64,000 bases of DNA, taken from assembly GCA_030141605.1 (NCBI GenBank), contig JAQGDQ010000759.1:1-64000 (forward strand). The letters are read 5' to 3'. How positions within the stretch are numbered: the first letter of the stretch is position 1; the number at the start of each line of letters is the position of its first letter. Source of the stretch: Tubiluchus corallicola (taxonomy: Eukaryota; Animalia; Priapulida). Below are positions 35,315 through 64,000 of this stretch, piece by piece. The notes beneath the pieces are model-generated. The model was not told the origin of the DNA and made no database searches. It saw nothing but the letters and a program-made list of their open reading frames with translations. Position numbers and translations under genes: made by a program.

Positions 35315-35763
35315 CAGGGATGAGAATTTTCCGCGGATACGCGGAGTTCCGAATTTTTGGAAGACCAGTAGTGCCATTTTTGTAAATCGCGTAAATTCGT
35401 TGAGAAAATTTTTACGGACCCAGTACATTATTTCACAAGCTGACCGCTAGTTGGCAGGCCATCGCTTTGTTTACATCACATACATCAGTGTAACCACGTG
35501 TATATCTCTATGTATAAAAATATAAAATCAATTGTGCAGAGTTATTTGAGTCAATTGCAGACAGTTTTTATACACTTTTGCATAGGAGCGGCCATTACTT
35601 AGGCATTTTTGAGACAATTAGGTATCATGTATCCTTGATAGTTGGATATTTTAAATTATGTATGAAACAAGGTAATTGATATTTTAAGTCCACTTAGTCT
35701 ATGGTCACAAAATTGCCCCCAAACCCCCCGGCCTGTGTCAGACTTTTTTCATTCTTATCCCTG
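35315..35763 (+). mobile_element. CAGGGATGAGAA-TIR MITE, copy 2 (likely in the Ihog 3' UTR)
   Basis: Family homology and TIR. Confidence 0.8.
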
Positions 35764-37228
35764 CAGTGCTCATTTTCAAGTAACTACCTTAGATGGTACA
35801 CTGGACTAGTGATAATGGTGGCTAGTTGTGCAGTGAATGAAATTCTTATAAAAGTATCAAAGAAGGCAATCGTGCATTATTGGCAGTACACAAACTAACA
35901 CAACCGTCACTGTCAGCATATTGTACTTGCTGAGCCATGTTTTGCCATTTAATGTAAATAGTGTGCATATATTATTTTGAGTTTTAGTCAATTAAGTATA
36001 GCATGTGTAATGTACAGCTCTGCAAAATATTTCTTAAATTCTTATTTTCATGTGTTTTTAGCTGATATATGTGTGACTAGGTTTAAGCTGCCGCCATTTT
36101 TAATGTTTATACTGTACTATACTTATAAATTGTAATTTTGACTTGTTTTTATACGAATTGCTTATCTAATAACAAACCTTGTGGTAGCTACAATCTTTAG
36201 ACACTCACATAGATCATTATTCTTTGTCAAAAGAATTAATTTGTGTTTCATGCACTTATTAAGCCTAAATCATTCTGTTGGATTCAGTGCGCAGGAAATA
36301 CGACGGTAAGCTACACCACAGATAATGAGGTTACTCACTGCTAATACTACTATAATGTATATTTACTTAATAACAATAAATAGCTATTCCTGTTAGCAGA
36401 GTTTTAGGAAAACTTACGATACTTCATTCTTACGATACTTTTTGGTTGTGATTTTTGATCACTTCTTTGGTTATGCCTGCAAAACTACCCACAAAACTCT
36501 GATAAAATAACTGCTTACGATTTGTATTTCACACCACAGTGTGCTGAAGCTTCTGGAAAAGCAGCTTGCAAAGTGTTTCTGATACCCTACTAAAAATCTT
36601 GCTTTTCGATTGCAATTCGACAATAGGAGTGATACATATTTTTGTAAATTAATCATGCTTTTGTAAAAGTAAACATCACTATTTTGTATGTAATTTTCAC
36701 ATGTACAATGCAAAGTTTTGTCGTTAGAACTAAGAACTTGCATTCGACCACCCGTATATCTTATAGCTTTGGGTTCTATCAATACTGTTTTCTTGCTGGT
36801 ATTGTCACCTTTGCTCATAAAATGTTAAAAAGCATCATACAGTGTACAGTAGACACTACTATTAATAACATTTATACATGCTGCAAGCATATATGGACCC
36901 CTTTTTGACTGAAGTCTATTTTGTATTGCTAAATTCTTTGAGGCATATTTGTATTGAGTACTTTAATCACGAAATTTTTTACTTTGTTTGAAAGAAGTAT
37001 TACTGTACCACTTTTGAGAGCTGTAGAAGTGTCGCGAATTGTTTTTAGATATTTAAATATTTTGTAAAACTTTTGTAAAATTGTCTTATTGCAATTTGTC
37101 AATCAGTATTACATGGCTTAATTGTGGATATAGGCCATCAATAAAAAAAACTGAACTAGATCTTCCAAGTTTTCGATAATTTGTAACTTGTACAAATGTG
37201 TACTTTGAAAATGTTGATGTGTATTTGT

Positions 37229-37698
37229 TAGGGTTACCATATTGTCTGAGTTGAAAAAGAGGACTCTTTTTCGCACACTTGTAAGTAGGCAAAATGACCA
37301 GTCTAGGGTCTGTTCAAACAATGCAAAATAAAATGCAAGTGCTCACGGAAGCTGACGCCATTTTAAGTCGTTAGCGAATACGCCGAGCATCAACAGCGGT
37401 GTGAGTCGTGTGACCCATAGTGATGTGCGCATCGCTTACTTTTGTTCAGTAAATATGTACACAAAGCTTTTACAAGAGTTGCATTTTGAGATGTTAGCAA
37501 CATCTTGTATTGAAAATTAACGAGCTTTTCTTTGTCTCGTACTATCGTACGCTTCTGCAGTCAGTAACGTCCGTACATGCTTATGGATTGAGGCAAAACC
37601 CGGACAAACTGTCAATTTTTTGAAAACCCGCCCGGACGCCCGGACAGAGACCCAAAAAGAGGACGTGTCCAGGGAAACCCGGACGTATGGTAACCCTA
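37229..37698. mobile_element. hAT MITE (TAGGGTTACCATA TIR)
   Basis: 13-bp TIR; TSD gtatttgt/gtatttgc. Confidence 0.85.
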
Positions 37699-37796
37699 GT
37701 ATTTGCAAAAAAATTCAGCATGATCGTGGTATATGCTTGACTGATAAAGTTGAGCAACATCCAGACCAAGTTATTAATTATATGTGTGATAGTTGC

Positions 37797-38287
37797 CAGA
37801 GCGAGATTATGACCTTTTGGGGCCCCTAAGCTAATGAAATGATGGGGCCCCCAGACGGAGCCACTCTCTAATTTGCTCGCACTCGTCTCGAATATTTTTA
37901 CTTGTGATTTATTTCAGCAACATTTGCACAATTTGGGGCCCATTATCTCAAACAAAGGGCGTCGAACAAGGGCCCTTTTAAATAAAAGGCCTTAAACAAA
38001 GATCCTTTATCTTAAGTGAGGAGCCACTTTAAAATTGGATTCAGACTTTCCTGCCTCCTTTTTAAGTTAAAATTTTATTTTAAGTTATAATGATGAATTA
38101 TTCAGCAATGCAAAGTATGCAGCAAGCTTGACGGGCCCTAGGCTGCAGCCTATAGGGTAATCCAGCCCCCACCCCAAGCTTGAGGGGCCCTAGGCTGCAG
38201 CCTATACTAGGGTAATCCAGCCCCCACCCCAAGCTTGAGGGGCCCTAGGCTGCAGCCTATACTAGCCTATAGGGTAATCCAGCCCTG
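37797..38287. mobile_element. hAT-like MITE (CAGGGCTGGATTA-type end, GGGCCC motifs, triplicated subterminal segment)
   Basis: Right end taatccagccctg, degenerate left end, tandem copies at 38123-38287. Confidence 0.5.
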
Positions 38288-40520
38288 ACGGCTTCTGATC
38301 AATTTCACAAATCATATCGCCTTGTTAACAGAGGGCAATTTAGGGCGCAGAGTACGCCACTGGCCGAAGCAGGACACTTCCGCTAAAGCGCAAGGCTAAA
38401 TTTACGAAAAAGTACATGGGCAGCCGAAGAAAGGGCACTGGCGATTTCTGTGGAGAATTAGGACATAATAAACATAAAACTAATTTTGTTTTAGAAAAAG
38501 GTAACTTTTATAATAATGACAGATAGTCCTTGACAATTTACAAATGTATTTTTACAAGGATATAATCATTATTATTAGCTCCATTAATATCATCATAACA
38601 TTAAGCTAAATATCTAATGCTTTAAAGAGAGAAACTATGTAGGGCACATAACTCGCTAACCCGTTTACTTAGTAGAAAACAATTATTTGTCCAAGAGGTA
38701 GTGAAACGGATCACCTGTCTGTGAAGCAAGACAAAAAATGATATATCTGAAGCAAATGTTGGAATCGCCAAAAATGCGGGTTTATTTCACTTCAAAAACA
38801 TTAACACTCGAAACCTAATTTAATAATGGCCATTCTACTAGCTCAGAATAAGATTCTTTTATTTTATCAGATGTTAATAAATTATCAACGTGTATTGATG
38901 TTTTCAATTAATATTATTAAATAAAAAAGGACAAGGGATGCTGCCATTACGAACGACTCGATTCATGACCTGTCTCTAGTGTCCTACTTGGGCAGACCAT
39001 GTACGACGCGTCCTACTTGGGCTAGTGTCCTACTCCGCTCGCAACAGGCAAGACTGTTGTATGCATCAGAATGTAACTAAGAATGGGCATTCAAAATAGA
39101 AGCACCCAAGCGTGAATAATTGCAGTCTTGCGGTGATTGTACTATGTACTAATCACACGAGGTAGTTACCGCACTTTTATTATTAAATCTCTCTAATGTT
39201 TTTCGCAAATAAGCCTAACTTTCCAGAAGGCTTGATCTTTTTTTAAGTGATAAACTACTAAATATGTCTTAACAAGCACTTTTTCAAAATTTTTGTGGAA
39301 ATGCGCAACGGGAATTTATGCGCTTAACAGGAGCATCATAAGATCGTAAAAAAATTACAGTTGTATAAGAATTTATTTGTACATAAACCTAAATGAGATT
39401 CGCGGTGGCAAAACCCTGCTGAAAATAGAAAATGACGAATGAGTTATTTACATTATAAAAGAGTAACACCAGATTACATTTATTACAGGTAAATAATTGT
39501 ACCTGTCTAATTACTAATACAACACTTTGTAATTTCCAGACCTGAATTATTTACAATACGAAATAATATGTAATGGGTTAGTAGAAAATATATAGATATA
39601 CGCTAGCTGTCTAATTAGCAAAGTTTGCATAAACACTAGCTCCAATTTGGTGATATATAGCCTCACAAGTATGATGATAATTAAAACGATGGATATAAAA
39701 AATATAAAATGTCACAAACGTGGCTGGAGGTCTTGGCTGGGTTAGAAACAAGCCTTTTCCCAGTTTCGTTGTGCGCACGCATAGTTGCTGTGGGTCAAAG
39801 GTCAAGAGTACCACAGCAACGCATCTTAATTACAACCGTCACGCGACATATAGGTAAAGCAAAGACGTCTGCCACATCAGTTCAGTAACTGCAGTTGTTT
39901 TACACGGGCTCTACTCAGTTATACAATAGTCTGTGCGCAAAGTGATTGTTACACATGGGTAAAAGCAAAGACGTCTGCCGCATCAGTTCAGCAACAGCAG
40001 TTGATTTACACGGACTTACATTACATTACATTACACGGCATTACATTAGTCTGTGCGCAAAGTGGTTTACTAGCAGAAACAAGAAAAAATGAAGCAGGCA
40101 AGGTTCTAGCTAGCAGTTAAACCTGTTACTATTACAATAGATTGGGCAACGAGGCGTTGTCAGGTGTACACAAGTGCGCTGTCTGGTACACATAACCTTT
40201 GACCTTTTCACAATCATCATCAACTGCTGGAACTGTGAAAAGGATTATTGCTTTACTGCACATGCAATAAAAAATCCCTTTTTATATTGATCACAATTTA
40301 AAATGGATGGAATTTACAAAAAGCCTGTGTGGAATGAATCCAAATAACACAACCAATACAATACACATTACAACAAACATAATTATAAACTACTTTCTGA
40401 ATAAAAATTTTAAGTTAATGAGACCAGTCACCATGACAACAAATTGATTACTAAAAAACAAATCATATAAAATACACGAGTGCAAAATTTTGACGAAAAC
40501 CAATCTACACCCTATACACA

Positions 40521-40957
40521 TAGGCCCTATTTCAAGGGGGGGAGTGGGGATACTTCCCCGGGGCCTCACCCTCCAGGGGGGCCTCGCGCCAAGGTAACTT
40601 TTTTGCTTTATGCGAACATACTGCCTCCTCTCTCTCTCTCTCTCTCTCTCTCCCTCTCCCTCTCCCTCTCCCTCTCTCTCTCTCTCTCTTGCTCTCCCTC
40701 TCCCTCCTCTCTCTCTCTCTCTTGCTGCACGCGCGCCGTTTGCCAGTATTGACAAGCATTAAGGACTGATCTTGAGAATAAAGCAGTTTTTCTTTCAATT
40801 GTTCTTTCCTTTAACAACTGTATAACTCCATATTTTCTCTTCGAAAATGCTTCTCCGGCGTTCTAGCAGTTCAAAAATTTTCTGCGCGCCAACCATGGTG
40901 GCGCCCGCTCCCACCCGCCCAGTCACCCGGGCCTCGCTTAGGCTGAAATAGACCCTG
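40521..40957 (-). mobile_element. hAT MITE, inverted copy of 14683-15021 with an internal (CT)n
   Basis: Homology; TSD tatacaca/tatacata. Confidence 0.8.
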
Positions 40958-41399
40958 TATACATATCATAATAATTATAGGGAAAAAACTTAGTTCTGAA
41001 AAAAATTCATTGTCTCCATTGATTAACAAGATAGCTGTTACGATTATATACATATAAAATGACACAAACTCTTAAGACAAACTAATAGGCAAGGGACATT
41101 TCAAAATATGTGAATTAAAAAGGTTACAGCTTTACACAAAATTCAACATTGAGTATTGAAACATATTCTAAACACTTTAGAATCACAACACAAAATTAAT
41201 GGCATGATTTTCTTAAAGTTATTATAGTCCACGTAATAAAATTAATGACAAACTAGTTTTGCCAAAAGTAACTACCAAAACTAAAAAAATGCACATTTGC
41301 ATCTGCAAAATGTTTTCCATTGATAAAAATGCAAAAAACTCATTGTACACATACATATGTATACAATGATTTTTTTGTGTTTTTACTTAGTATAATATG

Positions 41400-41545
41400 T
41401 ATATATATGTATGTATGTATGTATGTAGGTACGTATGTATGTATGTATGTATGTAGGTACGTATGTACGTATGTATGTATGTACGTAGGTACGTACGTAT
41501 GTATGTATGTATGTATGTATGTATGTATGTATGTATGTATGTATG
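41400..41545 (+). repeat. (TATG)n microsatellite
   Basis: Directly visible. Confidence 0.9.
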
Positions 41546-41905
41546 TTTCTATGTTTGTTTGTTGGTACATATGTATGCATGTATACAATGAGTTTTTTGT
41601 TTTTATCAATGGAAAACCAGGTGCATATATACATACGCATATTCCTGATTTGTTCCTATAACTAGTACATTATTAGCTGCAAAAGAAGTTAAAAAACCGA
41701 TAAATTAATATTTTATATAAAAGTTCTAATGAAAGAACCTGAGCTGCCAGGAACAGTGTAACAATGTTTTGCGCATGTTGAAGATTAGTCATATAAGTTT
41801 TATTACAACAACGCAGTTTCAAAAACAAGTTGGCAAGCATTTATTGCACACACGATTTCAAATGTGCAGCTATGCAAATTTACCAATACGATATCTCGCC
41901 AAGAA

Positions 41906-42243
41906 CAGCGGCGGCTCATGTGTGGGCACTGTGGAACTGCAGCACCCCCTATTTTCACTCGATATTATTGATATTATTCAATATAATGAGTGTTTTTTTC
42001 TTTGATTCTTCCTTTACGTTTGAACATACTTATAAATCCTTGAATGGAAGTAGACCGCATGACGGAACTGTGTGGTTCACAGCTCTAGCAACGTGTTTGG
42101 CTGTTGTGCGCATGCAGCCATGCGTCCATGTCTGAGATAAACATTGCACGCTAGGTAGAGAGAGCACTGTCGCCAATATAAAAACTATGGTAAACATTTT
42201 CTGAAGCAGCACCCCAACTAACCTGACCTACGAGCCGCCACTG
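41906..42243 (+). mobile_element. hAT MITE (CAGCGGCGGCTC...GAGCCGCCACTG)
   Basis: TIR and TSD gccaagaa/gccgagaa. Confidence 0.8.
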
Positions 42244-42285
42244 GCCGAGAATAAAGTAACACATGAGATTCATTAAAATGAGTAA

Positions 42286-42746
42286 CAGGGATGAGAATGA
42301 CAAATTGCAAAAAACTCTGAAACAGGCCGGTGGTTTGGGGGCCGCGTAGGCCATAGAGAGCCTCTAAGTGGACTTAAAATATCAATTACCTTGTTTCATC
42401 CATAATTCAAAATACCCAACTATCAAGGATACATGATACCTAATTGTCTCAAAAACGTCTAAGTACTGGCCGCTGCTATGCAAAAATATATAAAAACTGT
42501 CTGCAATTGACTCAAATAACTCCGCACAATTGATTCTATATTTTTATACATAGAGATATACACGTGGTTACACTGATGTACGTGATGTAAACAAAGTGAC
42601 GGCCTGCCAACTAGCGGTCAGCTTGTGAAATAATGTACTGGGTCCGTAAAAGTTTTCTCAACGAATTTACGAGATTTACAAAAATGGCACTACTGGTCTT
42701 CCAAAAACTCGGAATTCCACGTATCTGCAGAAAACTCTCATCCCTG
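42286..42746 (-). mobile_element. CAGGGATGAGAA-TIR MITE, copy 3
   Basis: Family homology; flanked by a ~36-bp direct duplication. Confidence 0.8.
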
Positions 42747-42843
42747 ATAATAAGGTAACACATGAGATTCATTAAAATGAGTAAAACCAGAAAAACTTTG
42801 GTCCCTTGTCTAATGTTCCACGTTCAGGTTTTCTAGCTTTGCG

Positions 42844-60350
<17,507 letters not shown>

Positions 60351-63300
60351 TTCCTACAATCTTCTCTTTAAATTTTTTTGAAGCAAACAAATTACTACAA
60401 ACATGGAACGGATCTGACTTAAAATTAAACTTAGAATTTCAAAACGATGATACAGAGCTCTGCGCAGGTAACGCTCATACAGGTAAGTTCACTCCCAAGG
60501 CGGCAAAACTAATCGAAAACGACGTATAATATTGGCGGAAATCTTCGTGAGAAACTGATCGCGAATTTGTCGATTGGAACGGCCTGGATTAGTACAGTAG
60601 CAAAGTGGAAGACAGTCAAGTCACCGTCGTATTTTGCAAAATGGCGTTCTTTATAGGGTAAATTGTTATTACTACTAATAATAGTCACGGTTTCAACAGA
60701 CTTTTAAGTGCTTTCATTTGGCACAGTGGCTAATAGTAGTAGTGCGAATTCACTGTGGGAGAAGCGTAACGAAAAATTGAAGTATTTAAATCAGGAACCT
60801 TTATTTATATATATAAATGTTGCGTTTCCACTGAGTCCTCACACACAGGTTGACCGCACAGTCTACATACACGGAATTTTTCTGTATGATTCGCAAAAAT
60901 TTAACGCAACAACGTACCTTTACAAACCATTGTTTTTTGTGCTTGTCGTTTCTATTGCGTCCACACGGAAAACCACGTACATGCTCGGATCCGCACTTTA
61001 ATTACCTCAATTTGTTCTGGAAGTAGAAACTTCTAGTTCCACCCAAATCTCGCATAAATGTTATAGACCAGATTTACTGAAGCCCAGTGCTTGTCCAGCC
61101 AATTTTTGAACTTATTTATACTAGGTACCGATATCACTTCATTTGATAGACTGTCCTAGGTGTTAACAATCCTGTTTAAAAAACTTTGAGGACATACTAA
61201 TTTATATGCTCTGGTCTTACATAGTTTCAGATAATGTGCTCTTGTTGAACTTGTACCAACCTCTGACTTAAGGTATAGCTTGGGGCTAGCTTGGAATCAT
61301 AGTTTTGGCGTAGGGTTTTGTAGGTTTGGTGTAGGGTTTCTATCACGCCACCTCTATGCTGTTTGTAAGCCTGTGACATTGTTTAGGCAGTTTTAGCTGT
61401 CTCATTTGATAATCCATTTAAGTCAGTCAGGGTTATTGTGGCTTGTCTCTGACTTTCTTCAGTATTGTCAATTAAACTAATCATAATAGGATGCCAAACC
61501 ATTTTTTCTGCCGACAAAAAAGCTCATTTTCATAACAGAAGAAAAAATCGTACACGCTGCAGAGCTTAGAGTGTGTCTGATCCATCCAGGATAAAAGAGA
61601 CCCAAAACACACTCACTGACACACAAATTTTGCAAGACAGATGTAGATTGAAGTACTTAGCTTTTGATGTCAAAGGGGAAGGTAGAAGATTTGGTTCTTT
61701 AAGTTTCTGTAAATTTATGTCTGATTTTGCAAGTCTTTGTTCCACTGAATTTTTAAATTTATAATAAAGCAACAATTACATGTGCTGCTGTGCACAGAAT
61801 TTCTCCTTTGTCCTGATATATTGATGTACTCCTTTTGCAAAATGTATATAGCACTCTCAAAATTACATTACATAGTTGTCTAGTTACAACGGAGAAAATT
61901 ATAAGCGGCAAAATGTTAGCTGCGATGAAAACGGCTTGTTAATTCAACGAAACTAAGTGAATATACCTAATCTATTTAAATTCCAATGGAAAAGCAAAAT
62001 TCGGACGGTTGCATGAAGTGTATTCTCCTAGAAAAGAGTTGTCCACATAAAGCAATATCAAGTTCTTGGCCGATTTCGAGGACCTACCTACCTTGTACTA
62101 TAGTGGCGTTTTTACCACCTTCCTACCCCTTATATCGGTATCGACATCACACTGATGTAGCTTTTATACATTTTATTCTTCCTCTTCCCAAGGACAGCCA
62201 ACAACATCACAAACAAACGCAGCAGATCGATGTCAAGGAGAAACTGACAAAAATGGCAGCCTGTCGGGATCAATGCAAAATGACTGTGTCCTTGTATCGT
62301 CGTCTGCTACTGGCAAGCTCGTGTGAAAAAAACGTGAAGTCAGATAACGATATCTTGACTGAAGCACCCACGTATCTTGCTTTATAGTGGTGTTATCACA
62401 TCTCCTGCCACCTACCTACGATGAATTTGATATTGTTATGTGTGAATGGCCCCAAAGTCTCGTCTAAAATTTTGTGCTAAGGTTTTTGCCGCATTTATTC
62501 CCTATTGGCCTTGATTGTACAGAATGCCATATCTACAGAATAAGTATAGATGCAGGTGAAACGGTTTTTGCACATGTAAAACAGTTGGACAGAAAACTTT
62601 GTGTTTGTGTACGTCTGTGCGAATGTAGCAGAAATTATTGACAGCAGCCTTAGTTGTGCTTTGATTTTGATGCAAATGGAATAACATAGAGATCACCTTT
62701 TGTGTTTGGCTTAACAATTGAAATTAAGCAACACTGGTCCCATAACTGAGTGGGTGGTCAGCAGGAAGACTGTTCTGGGATATTTTTTTCCTTTGCTTTT
62801 CGGAGGTGTTTATGTCAGGGAAGTATATATACATCTAAATAGTGTCAAGACATTTCTGTCGAATTCGTTCAGTGTCTCATCTTAGACGGTTATCTTAGAC
62901 GGTTATGATTGATACTTAGTTATTAAATTTGTTATGTTCCAGTTCCTCCACAATCATTCATCATTAGCAGTAAGTGCTGTTATTGAATACTGAATTCCGA
63001 TACGCAGTGTGCAAACTCTAATTTGTGTAATTAGTGTACGTGTGATCTGTTAATAAATGTACAATACTTGGTGTCATGAGTGTGGACGTAAAGTTTTGCG
63101 TGTTGAGCACTCACGTACCTCTTTATGCCATCTTTTTATAGCACCCTTCTGTTGCAAGTGCCCTTTGTGTTTTTGAAGATGGGACCCATACTGTATTGAG
63201 CTTTTGTTAAAACAGTTTCACTAATTCCTCTGACTACGGAGGAGGGCATACATACGATTAATGATCAGTTAGGCGGTGCCTCATAATTTGCGTTTTGAAT

Positions 63301-63426
63301 CATTGTGACTGATTGTTGTTCAACATCAATTTTCGAATTTAGTAGTACATCAGTACTACATATGTATGGGCATATGTCTGTGGGACCCTATGCTTTGCAG
63401 TTATCTGATACAGCAAGCGTCTAAGC

Positions 63427-63916
63427 CAGGGGTGAGCAAATTGCGGCTCGCCGAGATAATTTGTGCGGCCTGCGAAGAGATTTGTCAACCTAGTGAAAGT
63501 GCGGCCCGGGCGATTAATTGAGTGTATCCAGCTGAAGTCCGTGCCACAATCCCAAAGATAGTGCGGTTAGTTTTTTCTTCTAGATCGGATGCCATTAACC
63601 CTTACAAGACGGTTGTAGCTCAATGTCACTGTACTACACAGACTGTGTGATACACATAACTAATATGCATTGTAATGAAATTACCACTATCTGTCCTGAA
63701 AGTAGAAATATATGGTTTGTAATATAAATTTTAATAACTTCTAAAATAGTTTCTTGAGTGTAGTAGTGCAGTAGTAATGATGTGCGCAGGTCGGATGCAA
63801 AAAAATCGTTATTAGGCCTTTCTGTACTTGGCTCCTTGATCAAACTGCCTGTGGCCCGCAGGAATTGCGGGAAAGTTTAATGTGGCTCGGCTAGTCAGAT
63901 AATTTGCACACCCCTG
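63427..63916 (-). mobile_element. CAGGGGTG hAT MITE
   Basis: TIR; TSD gtctaagc/gtctaaga. Confidence 0.9.
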
Positions 63917-64000
63917 GTCTAAGAGCATGTTAAAGATGTTACTAACGACTTGTTTTTTTAGGGTAGCTGGCCGACAAACATGCTCAATGCTTGTAAGAAA

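Noticed and set aside
40390-41661. RE-repeat and YVCM/HTYI ORFs
   Set aside because: Translations of (CT)n and (TATG)n microsatellites.
61566-62387. Additional protein-coding exons (ORFs 61566..61775 and 61986..62387)
   Set aside because: No recognisable domain and no convincing splice partners in the window.
62770-63090. LTR plus tRNA primer-binding site (aataaa...tggtgtcatgagtg)
   Set aside because: PBS match is degenerate, with no clear LTR boundary, TSD or internal ORF.

Overview
AT-rich, intron-rich animal genomic DNA (invertebrate, probably a protostome, judging from the Ihog-type FN3 motifs and lachesin). I reconstructed two convergent multi-exon genes by hand from GT-AG junctions with consistent phases. 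(1) Plus strand, 10 coding exons, 11121-35151, about 743 aa: a homologue of the Hedgehog co-receptors Ihog/CDON/BOC (signal peptide, 2 FN3, TM, long disordered tail). It appears to lack the family's Ig domains and has a furin-site/polybasic insert in FN3-1. (2) Minus strand, 8 coding exons, 60350-42844, about 354 aa: a lachesin-like GPI-anchored 3-Ig adhesion protein. The rest is mostly repeats: many hAT-type MITEs with 8-bp TSDs, piggyBac-, TA- and Sola-like MITEs, a 5S rRNA-headed SINE, a tRNA-SINE, RTE/CR1 LINE ends, a solo LTR, a dead retropepsin ORF and several satellites. The most striking feature is a 64 x 58-bp array whose unit is the real 3' splice site of Ihog exon 5 plus an AATAAA. 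The in-frame TM exon is also bracketed by ~570-bp inverted MITE copies. No database searches were run; family assignments come from recognised motifs.
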